A DNA stretch of 64,000 nt, taken from contig NC_087436.1 of assembly GCF_036321535.1 (NCBI RefSeq), positions 9,486,001-9,550,000 on the forward strand, in the 5' to 3' direction. The stretch is from Camelus dromedarius (taxonomy: Eukaryota). This document shows positions 51,680 to 64,000 of the stretch, one piece after another. Under the pieces are notes generated by a model. The model was not told where the DNA came from and made no database searches. It saw only the letters and a program-made list of their open reading frames with translations. Positions within the stretch are counted from its first letter, which is position 1, and every line of letters starts with the position of its first letter. The position numbers were made by a program, and so were the translations under genes.

Positions 51680-52569
51680 AAAATATTACATCCTTCCTAA
51701 CTTAATCTGTCATTAGCCAAACAGGAAAGTCTATGTACAGAAAACATCCTTTTTTTTAAATATATATTAGCATGTTAGTGACAAGCAGAACATTGAGACA
51801 GAAATTAAGTTTAGGGAAAAAAAACACTTTTTTTTTTCTATTTGATACAATATAGACAGGAAGAAGAGAGCCCACTCAGGAAAATCTCTGTGTGACTGTC
51901 TTCTTTTCATTCATACTTTTTTTTCCTTTGCAATAGAAAAATCAGTAGAGCTAGAAAAACACCATGATATTTAAGCATATTTTTCTTTAAATTTTTTTTT
52001 TTTTAATGAAGTGCATAGCTATGCTTTTCTTGCTTTTGAGAGGAGACTCGAGAACCAGCCTTCAGGGCAAGGACACAGCTCTCTAGATGGGGTACTTTTC
52101 CTGTACATCACACTTTTCCTTTTTAACTTTATGACACTGCTCTTGTCCTGATATTTTTCCTCTTCGCTTTTTTTTCATTTTCACTTTAATACTTTTTAAC
52201 TCTTTCTGGGCCATTGCTCGTTGTTATGAACTCTTGTTGGGTGTTTGGAATGGGGGTTTATCTCTTTCAGAAGCGCAGGGCCCTATGTTATGACGCTCTC
52301 AGCCAGACCTCCCTCAGAAGTGCCACCTGTTAGCAATTTGCACTGATTAGCTTAGCTGTGTTATCTACCTGATCTTATCAGTGACCCTTTACTTGCTAAA
52401 TAGATGGTGAAAAATAAGCTACTCCTTTGAAGATCATATTTTTTAAAATCATTTATCATTAGCTAATGTAAGAAAAAATACATATACCTATATAATTGTT
52501 GAAGAAATTATCCAAACATGTTACATGAAAAATATGAAGGGATTTACATATAACTGTAAATATTTCCTG

Positions 52570-52700
52570 TTATCTCTATCCTTGGCCTTGGGAAAGTTAT
52601 TTACCATCTCTGGGTCTTGGTTTCCTCAGCTGCAAAGTGTATGTGATTTATGACACATTTTCTTAAGATTATAAACACAGTTGATGTAAACTGTCACAGG
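52570..52700 (+). mobile_element. MIR core
   Basis: ccttgggaaagttatttaccatctctgggtcttggtttcctcagctgcaaa. Confidence 0.7.
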
Positions 52701-52839
52701 GTAGATACTTAGCATTGTTTTCCTTTTTCTAGCATGAGCAAATTTAAATTTCTAAGAAAAGATGAGAAACTGTAGGTACTGAGCTAAAGTAAGTTATTAA
52801 CTAACAGATTACAGCCTTTTGCTTTTTCATTCTTTCCAC

Positions 52840-53410
52840 TATGACTCTGGTTCAGACATCATTCTTTTCTGTTTGGACCATTATAATAGATTTCAAATTC
52901 CCATGTTCACCATGGTCTTCCAATAGCAGCTTTCTCCCTCTGTACCTGAACTGCCCCCAAGGACTGCTATTAAGGAATATCATCTTGAAACATCACTCCA
53001 TCATATCCTGACCACCATCCATCCTTCCTTTTTCATTTACAGATACTTTCTATCTTGCACTTGAGATGCACTCCCACATCTCTGCTTCTGCTTCTCCATT
53101 TTCTACCCTTGAAGTGACCTTACAAAATGAAAGCTTACCCATTCCTCCAGCCCTACTTAAAAATACTAGGTCTAATGAAAAGTTTTCTGTAAGAACACTC
53201 TCAAACACAGCAATAATGTGCTTCCCTGGATGCACCCGTAACTCTCATGACCATTTTGCATTAAAGCTACATTTTATACACGTATGAACCTTCTGTCTAC
53301 TTTCCCACAAGCTTTCCATCCACATCTAAGACTGTTGACTTCTTAGAGCAATAATATTTTACCTTCATGTCTGTTGCACCAGTATGTTGTCTGTCATGTG
53401 CTCTCTGATG
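52840..53410 (+). mobile_element. L2 fragment
   Basis: cagacatcattcttttctgtttggaccattataatag...ctaagactgttgacttcttagagc. Confidence 0.55.
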
Positions 53411-54589
53411 GAAGATCAAACCTCTGCCTTGAAGACGGCACTGCTTGCTTTCAAATTCCTTGTCTAAATGTATAATGCAAATCCCTTTGCTTTAGGTTAA
53501 CGGTATAATAACCCAGGGTGATATATTTAGATTTTATTCACTGTTTCTTTTATAATCTATATAATCTATATCATAGTGCTTTTAATCCTGAAGTAGCAAT
53601 AGGAGACTTTCAATCCCAGCCATAGACCTGATTTTATATACCTTAAGAAAATCAAATCAGAATGTCAGCATATAAGAAAGCAATATATGTACAGTAAGAC
53701 AGTTATATACTGTGAAATTTTATGTGGGATGGTTAAAATTAAATGTAATTTTTATCACCTTATATTGCAATAAGGTAGATGTCCATCTTTATATATTTGG
53801 ACAAATAGATATTCCATTTAAATGTGGTTAACATAAAATAGCAGAGCCAGAAGAGATCTGAGAAGAGTAAATTTTACAGTTCACTCAGAGAGATGCTAAT
53901 TATCCTTCTAGTGAAAATGGTTGCATATAACTCGGTGACCTCTGAAAAAAATCCCTTCTGAGTGAAACTTTCCTATGTATGTTATTTTTATATATATATA
54001 TACACACATACACATATATATATACACATATATATATACACATAAACTCTATAGTTGAACTTTCCTCAAAATTCATATTTAACTATACTTATGATGCTGA
54101 AGTGGTATAGAAAATTTGCTGATCTTAACAGCCATAAATTTTTCTTATCTGGTAGAATGTATACTTAGTAAAGAATAACTTTCAAGACTATAGGAAAAAA
54201 ATACTTACTTATGTCAGAGATGATCCAACAATTGTGTACATTTTTTCTAAATTTTTCATCTACCACTGGAGAATGATCCTTAAGAATTTCTTAAAAGCAT
54301 ACCAATCAGACAACGAGATGTGCTTTTTAAAATACAACCTAGTGATTTTAAAATGTTACCTAGAGATTTTTAAAATATGACCTTGAGTTAGACAAATGAT
54401 TTACTACATAATCTTTAACTTTGGTAATAGAAGGCAAGTTATTTAAAGAGTAGCAATAAATTTATCCAATGTACTCACTTTATTTTACTTCTGTGGTTGA
54501 ATTTAGACCTTTAAATTCAGTATTTCCATTATCTTATTTATTAATTTGAGGCAAGAATTCAGACTCTTTTGAAACTAGGTCAGCAGAAA

Positions 54590-55640
54590 ATTTCTGCTTC
54601 TGGCTAAGACAGAGTAGTGTATAGCTTAACAATCCTTCCAGAGAAATGATCTAGAAACCTAGAAAAATTGCAAATTTATTTATTTACTAACTTGGGTTTT
54701 TAATTTTTTTTTATAGACAGCAGAATGCTGCTGAGGTAATGACGAAAATTTGACGTTCCCTAGAAGGGGAATGCAGAGAGGTGAGAAGATGGCCGGCAGC
54801 CAGTTTTTTAGGATATGCCTGTTTCTAGGTGCAGGGAAAGAGGGTGAGGCTGTAGGCACAGGGCTTGGAAGAGGACGGCAGCTGAGAGAGAACTCAGCAA
54901 GTGTTTTGATTTGCTGTGTGACTGAAGACTTGGAATTTGGAGATCAGAGAAAGCAAATTTCTGATTAAAAACAGGAGTCATAGAACTGAGCATAAATACA
55001 GATAATTTTTTAATCAAGACATTTTCAAAAGTATAAACTATGTCAGTAAGAGGAGAAGAGAGTGGGTCAAAACTTTCTAAAAAATGAGTGGGTCAAAACT
55101 TTCTAAAAAATGGAACAGTTTTCCCTTGTCTCACTGTGCTGAACAAAGATTATCAAGTTTAGAGCTCACTGGGGGACCAACCTCAATGAATATCTCTGGC
55201 TCTCAGTTGAAATTACTGGAGGCTCATGATGAGAAGTGGGTGTCAAACAGATAAGGACATATTATTACTGCAACTCTGTTCCATCTCAAACTCAGCAAGT
55301 TCGTAATTAGATTAAGTTCATTAGTTACAAGCTCTATTTTCCTAGCAGAGCAAAGGGTAAACCCTCTTTGATAGAATATGACATAATTTAGAACCTCTAC
55401 TTTTCAAACAATATCTGGTAATTAATAAAATTACCAGGGTTGCCAAAAGATAGGACCAAATGTCCAAAACATAAGAGAAAATTCAGTCAATTGAAGTAAA
55501 TCCTAATGTAAGCTAAATATTGGTGTTAACAGGCAAGAATGTTACATTTATGTTTAGTATTTTCAATGAAATATAAGAAAAGGTGGAAAAACAGATGAAC
55601 AGATGGAGAATACTAGAGAATTGTAATCTGTAAGATTGAA
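54590..55640 (+). mobile_element. Ancient L1M 5' UTR / ORF1 start
   Basis: ttctgcttctggctaagacagagtag at the 5' end; agagaaaattcagtcaattgaa...atgaacagatggagaat is ORF1-like. Confidence 0.6.
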
Positions 55641-56001
55641 AGTGAAGCACAAAGCTTTAAAATAGTCTCTTCCACATTTTAAAATTTGTATCTACCATTA
55701 GCTCAAATCACATAGAAGCTACAATGTAAGTGCATGAGAGTTTGAAAATATATTATGAGCTGTATCCCTCTTGAATTCTTAAAGCGTTAATTGGGGAAAG
55801 TTAGAACATACATTGAACACTATTTTTTTCACTAGGGAAATTTGACTCAATAAATGTTTAAAATAAAACATAACAAAGATCTTCATTGGAGACATTCTTT
55901 CCTTTAGCCAGATGTTTTTCAGTGAAAAATTTTAGTTAAGTCTTGACATCCCTCTTTATTCCATATTAACTGCTTGAAGAATGAATTCTCTGCTTGGCAA
56001 G

Positions 56002-56543
56002 TGTGGCAGGAAGAATTCTAAAATGGCCCCAGAGATTCTCATTTCTTAACACACTCCATAATCTCCTCCCTTTGTTTATAGGAAAAATTTATGAATGTGA
56101 TGGAATTTACTCTCATGATTTATTACATCAAATGGCAAAGGTGGAGGCATTTTGCAGACATAAGTAAAGCCTTTAAGCAGTTTAGCATTGAACTAGTCAA
56201 AAAGAAACTTATTCTGGGTGAGCCTGACCTTATCAAATGAGTCATTAAAAGACTGTTTAGGCTCTTGCTGAAATCAGAGAGTTTACCCATTTAGTCTTCA
56301 CTAAGCACCTTCCCATGTGTTCAACAGCTGGAAGAAAATGAACTCCGTCAACAGTTACATGAGCTTGAAGTGGGCCCTGAGCCTCATCCCTGGCCAAAAT
56401 CTACTTTCTGGGGTGTGATAACCTGTGCACAGGGCCCATAAGGACATGCCTGGACTTCTGACCTAGGTGGCAGATAATACAAGGGTGGTGTTTTAGCTGG
56501 TAAGTTTGTGGTGATTTTTATGCAGCAATACAAAGTCAATACA
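56002..56543 (+). mobile_element. MLT1E-like MaLR LTR
   Basis: tgtggcaggaagaattctaaaatggcccc...ttattctgggtgagcctgacct...gcagcaatacaaagtcaataca. Confidence 0.85.
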
Positions 56544-59025
56544 GCAGTTTTGGAATCGGTTAGTGAGAAAGTGTTGCTCAGTATTTTAGTCTCTGCGAGC
56601 TGCCTGACCACAGGATACATGCGACTATTCTTGGATGGAAATCCTATAATTTTTCTGGTTGTGCCACCAGCTAGTGGGGTAGGTTGCCCAAACCAGGGCT
56701 AAGTAGGAGCAAGTTGTCTTCACACATAGAGTCATGCTCTTCATTCAGCTTTATTAATAATAAATGAAAAGTTTGAATCTTAATCCATTTAAATCCCAAA
56801 TCTCTCTTCTTATATGGTTCTGAATTAGTTTGGGGAAAAGAAATACACATTCTTTATTGGATGTTTACAAACCCCCAAATCGACAATATTTTCACTTGTT
56901 ATACCACAGCAATGCGTTACCAACATTGCAGATTATTACTGCCAATCAAGACAACTGAACGAGAAATGAAGCAAACAGAAAAGGAAAGTCTGTTATGGGA
57001 AAATGCCATTTCTCTAACAAAATCTATAACAATTTCAATGTTATCATCAAAACAACCACCGCTGAGCTTCATTATTTTCTTCCTGATGTTAAATGGGTTG
57101 AAAATATGACTTCTCTTCTTAAACGCACAATTACAAAGATAGTCACAGCAGAAGAAAACCATTACAAACATGGTGTCCTTGAATGACGTCGGAGTTGTTG
57201 TTCCGAACGAAATTTGCATAACTGGCAGCTTTGCGCTTCCTAAATCTTTTGGCGGAAACAGTTTTTTCCAGAACCAAGATGACAATGTTCTTAAATAAAA
57301 TTGTCATTACATTTCCTTTTGAATTATGACTGCATGATTGAATAAATATTGTCCGCTGAAACTGGCTGTGAAGATAAGTATTTCATGACAGTTAATATAT
57401 TTCATATGCAAATCTTTTGGCCTCTTTTTATATTGGAAGCTTGGAAGAAAATGTTTGCTATCTATTTAATTTAAAATGTACTGTCAAATCAGATGCATTA
57501 GTCCCTGAAATCAAATAGCTATTTTATTGTGTCATGTTATTAAAATGGTACATTTTGTACTGAGGATAATTCAGTGACAATATGCTAATTTCTGTGTGCA
57601 CAAAGTACTACCAGAAGAAATACATCTCAATAAATATAAATTATTCAAGTAAAAGGTGAAGTTTTTATAATACATATATATAAATTTTTTACATATATAT
57701 GTATATATATATAAGTATATACATATATTTGTTTACAAATTTTCATCTGAATTTCTTCTCATGATTAAATGATCACATATTTTATCATGAATATTCTTGG
57801 ATTCCTTGAAAAATTAGAGAAATATGTATTGCATCTCCTCTACATTAAATGTCTCTATTTAGATTATTTTAAATGGAATCTCATTTGATTTTCTATGTAT
57901 ATACTTTGCTTAAATCATAGTTTATTACCTCAGCTTAAAAAAGAAATAATTTCCACTTGTTTGAAGATTCATAGGCTTTATCTTTTCCACATACCAGGAG
58001 TTTTAGGTCTAGTAACCATTTTAAATCAAAAGTATGCTGGATGAGAAATACATTAATACTTCTACTGTAGAAGTATGTGAATTATTTCTCAGTCCCTGAA
58101 GGCTGTTCCATATTTGCCAATTCAAAAATGTAATACTTTCATGTTTTCTTAATATCAATTGCTCTCCTTTCCTAGACAGAGAGACTTTGGGTTTTAATAT
58201 AATTTGTACAAGTAATGAACAGTATTCTGTGTCAATTTCCACTCTTCTTTAAATTTGTAATTTAGTTATTATCTCATTTAATGGTCGGCCAACTCTAATT
58301 TGGCCCCAAAGTCTGCTTTGTGCTAGTGTTAGCCCCCTCCTATTTCGTGCTCTGACTGCTGTTTTTTTCAAAAGGGCACCAATATATCGCCTCTTGTAAA
58401 ATATAATTGCTTTTTTATGTTTCTGGTAATAAAAACAGGTGATTCTCAAAACAGCAATACAGAAAAATTATTGGAATTCTTAGAAATGTTAAATCTCAGA
58501 AAGAGTGAGTAGGAAAATAAAAGGTCAAAGATCCAGAAGTGGGGAAAAATTCACACTTAAGAGAAGGTACAAGGAGGGGAGGTGAAAGAATGAAGTGTTA
58601 GATGCAAGAGAATAGGGTGATAACCTGTGTCCTGTGATAAAAGATATTGTCCAGAGAGGAGCAGTAAGGCTTTGTAAATGTTGAGAAATGCAAAAAAAAG
58701 CAGCAGCAGCAGCCATGAGAATGACAGTGAACACAATGACCTCACTGTATTTGGAAACTAAAAAGCATTTTCTGCAAAATCATGGACAAGAAAGTTAAGT
58801 CATGTGAGACTGAACAAATACTTAATCTATTATCTCAGAGTTGGTCTCTACCTACTCTTCTCCATGAAGTCTATTCTTATGCAATTATAATCTGGGAACA
58901 GCATCTCAGAAAGCTATGAGAACTGTTCCTCCAATTAGAAGTCATGGCCTAATTATATGTTTCTGAGACAGAAGACTGTACAGGACTGACATTGACATAT
59001 CATTGATAGCTTACACAAGCCAGAT

Positions 59026-59861
59026 CGTTAGCAGATAGAAAGACCCTCAAATTAAAAAGCCCACCCAACGTGTGTGTCCTTGCCCACTGGCTGAGAAAGA
59101 ATTCTCAGCAGAATCAGAGAGGCAAAGTGAAAGGCTGCTTTATTGCTCAACAGAGGAAAAGACACTCAAGTGGAAAGACACTCACATGGGGCAGCTGTAA
59201 GCCCAGGTGGTTTGATGTGAGAACTTCTGCTTTTGGGGTCTAGGCTGCATCCTTTTACCTGTCTTCTTTGTGACCCTTTGTCTCCTTCTCATTGGCTGCC
59301 CTTTTTGTCCTCTTTTCTGTGGCTCTTTCTGCTTTGAGAAGCAAACACTTTGTGAAAAAAAGAAAGAAAGGGGAAAAAAAGGAAAGAAAGAGAGGAAGAA
59401 AGGAAAAAAAGGAAGAAAGGAAAAAAAGAAAGGAAGAAAGGAAAAAAAGAAAGGAAGGAAGGAAGGAAGAAAGGAAAAGAAAGAAAGAAAGGAAGAAAGG
59501 AAAAAAAGAAAGGAAGGAAGGAAGGAAGAAAGGAAAAGAAAGAAAGAAAGAAAGAAGAAAGAAAGAAAGAAAGAAAAAAGGGAGGGAGGGAGGGAGAAGG
59601 GAGGGGAGGGAGGAAGAGAATAGAATAGAAGAAACAAGATTTAGCAGCCAGGTCCCTCAAGCAATGTGGTTGGATATTTATACATATATTAAATCAAGTC
59701 AGGGCTTTGGGTTTCTACAACCTAGCCTTTTCCATTACCCAAGCAAAAGTATTTCCTAAGGCCAACTCTAGGTTAATTTTAAGAGGGTTAATTTTAAACT
59801 TTTCAAGAAGTCTCCAGACAATAGTTCCGAGTTTCAGTTCCTTTTCTTACTGCCTTCCTCA
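59026..59861 (-). mobile_element. Nested solo LTR, TSD AGAT
   Basis: agat|cgttag...cctca|agat; reverse poly-A signal tttatt at ~59139. Confidence 0.7.
59354..59620. repeat. 267-bp pure-purine (GAAA/GGAA/GGGA) compound repeat
   Basis: No pyrimidine on the + strand across the interval. Confidence 0.95.
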
Positions 59862-60099
59862 AGATCTTAGTGTCATTGCGATCCCTTACAAGATCAAGAA
59901 GGGATGTTATGTTTTAAGAAGCTGTCTTGTTGATGCTGGGAGACTGTTACTCTTTGTGGTTGAACAGGTATTTCTGCCAATGGGGGAGGTTTGATGGATG
60001 CGCAATGCAGAAACACAATGCACAGGGGGGAAGGGGGAGAGGAGGCCAAAGGTCAGAGGAAAAAATTTCTTTATATTTAAATTCTTCTTGTCTTGCTAC

Positions 60100-60578
60100 T
60101 GTGAACGAAAAATACTGCAAACCACATCAGCAAACAAAGAATGCTGAAGCCGTCAAGTCATCAGTGGCTGCTGCCACCCCTCAGTGAAGACAAGCCTGCA
60201 GCCCCACCTCTGCAGCCACTCACAATGGTGCACCCTGAGGGGACTCAGAATAAGAAGGGACAGGACACTGGCCCTAGGCAGCTAGGTGCTTGTCAAAGGA
60301 ATGAATTCAATGAGCCCAAATGTTTGCTTCCTCCCATACATAGAAGAGCACGAAATTCTTTAACTTGAGATGCCTGCTTTTCTTTAGATAACAAGTAATC
60401 TTTTAATGTGCCAACTACCTTGTCTTTGCTGTAAAACTCCTATATATCCTAGCTCCTGCCCTACCTCTTCGGAGCAGCCCCTCAGAGCGATCCGAGAGGC
60501 TGTCATCCTGGCTTGAGTCCTCCCGCCAAATAAAACATAACTCTCAACTTTTAGGCTGTGCGTTTATTTCAGTTGACA
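60100..60578 (+). mobile_element. Nested solo LTR (ERV1-type)
   Basis: ctac|tgtgaac...gttgaca|ccac; TATATA at ~60441, AATAAA at ~60529. Confidence 0.8.
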
Positions 60579-60699
60579 CCACAAAATGTGAATTTTATTT
60601 CACACTTGTCATCCCTGCTTCAGAATCATCACACAAGGCATAAGCTAGCATCTGATTTTAGACTTTAGCTGCTCCTCCAACCTACACGTCATCAACTGC

Positions 60700-61900
60700 C
60701 ATGAATATAGCTTCAAAAAACTAAGAACTCCCAGGAAAATCAGATAAATCTTTGGCATGCTGGTAAGGCAATTTCTTTTAGAAATAATTACAGGGAAACT
60801 TCTCAGAATGAGAGAATGATCTCCGGTTTTATAAAGCGCCAAGCAAAATTCCACATGCATTTTGTAGTCACAAAATTTTAAATCATCAAAGAAAACTGGA
60901 ACATCCTAAAAGTGCCAGGGGGAAAAGTAAATTAGCTAGCAAAGAATCAATTTGACATTATAAGTTATACTTTGTGAAAAATAAAATGGAGTTAGGAAAA
61001 AATGAAACCTCAAAATTCAATTTTTCTTTCTAGTTAAGTGAAGGAGAAAAACAAGGTTTCAGAAAGCTTAACATATAGACCCAAGTTGAATTCCTGCAAG
61101 AAAGAAATACATCAAGCAGGGTACTATATGATAATGGAAGTTTTGCTAGATATGTAGGTTTGAAACTTTTTATCGCCTTAATAAGCGAAAAAAAAAAAAA
61201 TGGAGAGGAGAAAAGAAAAAAGATACTTCTTTATTGATAATCTAGAATAAAATTTCTAGAAAATTACACCATAATGGAAGGCTGGAAGTAGGGTACGGGA
61301 CACCACAGAATGGTGCCTTGTGAGTTAGTTTTTTCTCTCAAGGGTACTTATAGTCTTATAAAATTGATAAGAAAAATAAATGTGTTTGTGAGTTTCAGGG
61401 ATGAGATCTAGAGAACAAAACTAGCCTGTACACATTGTGAAGCAGAAATATATATTTGAACTATATCGAAAAAGGGAAAAAAATAAAAAGTAGAGTTGAT
61501 ACTTCACATAAAATTAAGTTATATAAGCCTATAATAAGCTATAATCACAGTTAATTTCAATGACTTAATGATATATATTATTATATCAAAATTAATTTTT
61601 TTTCAGAGGTAATCCATAACCAAGAAAAGACTTCATGCATAAAGTTAAGAAGCAGTAACACATTTTTAAAAAACTGGTGTGATGTGAAAAAATATAAATT
61701 AATATTCAGAAAATGCAAGAGAGTTTTGTAAACAAACTACAACACTAATAGGAAAAAAAAAGTAAAATTATGAATAGCCAATTATCAGAAAGGAAATTCT
61801 ATGTTATGAGCATTAGTGATCAGCAAATTTTGTTAACCTATGAGATTGATTAAAAAAAAATCAGAAAATTTGATATTACCAAATGTTAGTGAATAATCAA
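60700..61900 (+). mobile_element. Ancient L1/HAL1 ORF1 and downstream fragments
   Basis: tttagaaataattacagggaaacttctcagaatga; catcctaaaagtgccagggggaaaa. Confidence 0.5.
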
Positions 61901-61929
61901 GAAAATAAATTTCTTTCTGCATAGTCTGC

Positions 61930-62968
61930 ACAAATCTTTACTTTTACCAGTTTATTTCCTGTTGTTGTTTTATGATTGATTTAGGTACTTTTTTATGTTT
62001 TAAGAAAATTAGACTCTTATGTATAATATATGTTGAAGTTATTTTACCCCATATTTTCATTTTTTTTTTTTACTTTGTAATGTTGGCTCTACATAAGGCT
62101 CTTGTACCTCATGTAAATAATTTAACAGTCTTTGTGGTTTTTTTTTTTTAATTTCTTATGCACAGAAAAGTCTTCATTTTATGAGTTTTTAAAAATACTC
62201 TATTTTTTCTATCTCTACATAAATGTGTAGTAATCTTTATTAGCTTTAGTTCTGGTTCCATTATTCAATTTTGTTTTTTCTGGCTATCTAACAGGTGTAT
62301 TTTTGCACATAAACTTGTAATTAATTTGTCTCATTGTAAATTTGATATTGGAATCAATATCAGATTTACAGATTCATTACAGAATTGTATAGCTCTTCGG
62401 TCCAAGAGTTTTCTAATCATTCGTTGCAATTAAGTATTATTTTATCGTATCCAATACAATAACATTTTTTAACCAAAATGTGTTGACACTATCTCCCTTA
62501 CAATATTGAATAATGGTAGTAATAGCGGAGAATTTGGTCTAATTTATTATTTCAATGAGAATGTTAGTGGGGTTTTCAAGTTGATTTTAATACAGGTAAA
62601 ATTTATACATTAAGAGTTTTTTTTAACTCAAGAATAAATTTTAAATTTTGTATCATAGGTTTCTCAAAATTGAACAGATTAAATAATTTTTCTCCTGTTC
62701 TATTCATGTGAAGAACTGTAACAAACCTTTCCTTAATACTGAAGCATCGAGTTGCTGGCATAAACATCTTCATGGTATTATATGTAATTCATTTTAAAGC
62801 CTAGCTGTTTAGGCTTATATTTTTCTCTAAGATTTTTACCAGTATTATTAAATGAGATTAGTTTATTTTTTCTAGTTGTGTATATGCAGTCTTGGTTGGA
62901 TTTTGGTATAAATGTTATAAATCTACATAAAATAATTCTGAAGCATTTGTACATGTTCTGTGCTGTAG
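61930..62968 (-). mobile_element. Ancient L1 ORF2 fragments
   Basis: acaatattgaataatggtagtaatagcggag; gttggattttggtataaatgttat. Confidence 0.6.
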
Positions 62969-62977
62969 TACAATTTA

Positions 62978-63905
62978 TTATTTTTTCAAAACTTTTATTG
63001 AAGAATTGTTTATGTATAATTTGGTAGCTTCAGGTGTACAGAAAAGTGATTCAGTTTTATATATATGTGTGTGTGTGTGTGCCTATATATATATAATGTA
63101 TTTTCAGATATTTTCCATTATAGCTTATCACAAGATATTGAATACAGTTTCCTGTGTTATACAGTAGGTCCTTGTTTATCTATTTTATATATAGTAGTGT
63201 GTATACGTTAATCCCGAAATCCTAATTTATCCCTTCCCACACCCCTTTCCCCTTTAGTAACCAAGTTTGTCTTCTATGTCTGTGAGTCTATTTCCAGTTT
63301 GTAAATAAATTCATTTGTATCCTTTTTTAAAGAGTCTACATGTAAGTGATGTAAAACATTGTATGTCTGACTGACTTCACTCACTATGATAATTTCTAGG
63401 TCCATCCATGTTGCTGCAAATGGCAGTATTTCATTCTTTTTTAGAGTTAAGTATTATTCCACTGTATATATACATATCTATACACACCGCATCTTCATTA
63501 TCCAGTCATCTGTTAATGGACAATTAGTTCGCTTCTGTCTAGGTTATTGTAACTAGTGCTCATCAAGTTACAGTCCAACTAACAGTGTAGGAGGGTTCCT
63601 TTTACTCCACATCCTTTCCAGCATTTATTGTTTGTGAACTTTTTAATGATGGCCATCCTGATTGGTGTGAGGTGATACCTCATTTTAGTTTTGATTTGCA
63701 TTTCTCTAATAATTAGTGATGTTGAGCATCGTTTCATGTGCCTGTTGGCCATCTGGATGTCTTCTTTGGAGAAATGTCTCTTTAGGTCTTCTACCCATTT
63801 TGGATTGAGTTGTTTTTTTGAGTATGCATATGAACTGTTTGTACATTTTGAAAATTAATCCCTTTGTGGTCTCATTGTTTGCAAATATTTTCTCCCATTC
63901 TGTAG
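62978..63905 (-). mobile_element. Young 5'-truncated L1 with TSD and internal deletion
   Basis: TSD core tacaattta at 62969-62977 and 63913-63921; collinear with the 23545 copy except for ~135 bp missing. Confidence 0.92.
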
Positions 63906-64000
63906 GCTATGCTACAATTTAAACAACATTAGTCTTATGTTTCTTAAACTTCATAGGGATTTTTTCCTGAAAAACCATGCGGACTTAATGTTTTAGAAGC

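Larger units (their letters stand above)
58803..60604 (-). mobile_element. Host ERV1-type LTR interrupted by two nested LTRs
   Basis: Termini tgtga...tcaca; sequence reads through once the two TSD-flanked inserts are removed. Confidence 0.6.

Noticed and set aside
42832..55111. Short spaced direct repeats as a CRISPR-like array
   Set aside because: Each repeat has only two copies, the repeats are unrelated to each other, and the context is mammalian with no cas genes
56917..57285. 122-aa minus ORF as a gene
   Set aside because: Non-ATG start, no recognisable homology, only weak splice signals; kept as a non-coding candidate
59182..59759. Four 117-155 aa ORFs (K/E/R-rich or F/L/S-rich)
   Set aside because: Artefacts of the stop-free purine repeat

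Overview
AT-rich, repeat-dense mammalian non-coding DNA (gene desert or large intron). It is most likely camelid (alpaca/camel), inferred from a tRNA-Ala-like vic-1-type SINE, young artiodactyl-type L1 3' ends, and no recognisable Alu, Bov-A/B or PRE-1. I find no credible protein-coding gene and no novel multi-gene system. The supplied ORFs are decayed L1 fragments, simple-repeat artefacts or chance. Main content: one near full-length degenerate L1 (~8.6-14.9 kb) that has lost its RT catalytic motif and carries a nested younger L1; several young 5'-truncated L1s; many ancient L2, MIR and L1M pieces; MaLR/ERVL/ERV1-type LTRs, including a triple-nested LTR cluster with a 267-bp pure-purine tract; and a MER58-like DNA transposon. 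The most notable observations are micro-scale mutational signatures (a 32-bp inverted copy of sequence ~1 kb away inserted into an L1 microsatellite, a DUP-INV-DUP micro-triplication, microhomology deletions), three unique CpG-retaining enhancer-like islands (perfect ERE + AP-1 + FOX; forkhead cluster; two octamers + CRE), and two orphan candidate exons. Repeat family names come from recalled consensus sequences, not a database search, and boundaries are approximate.
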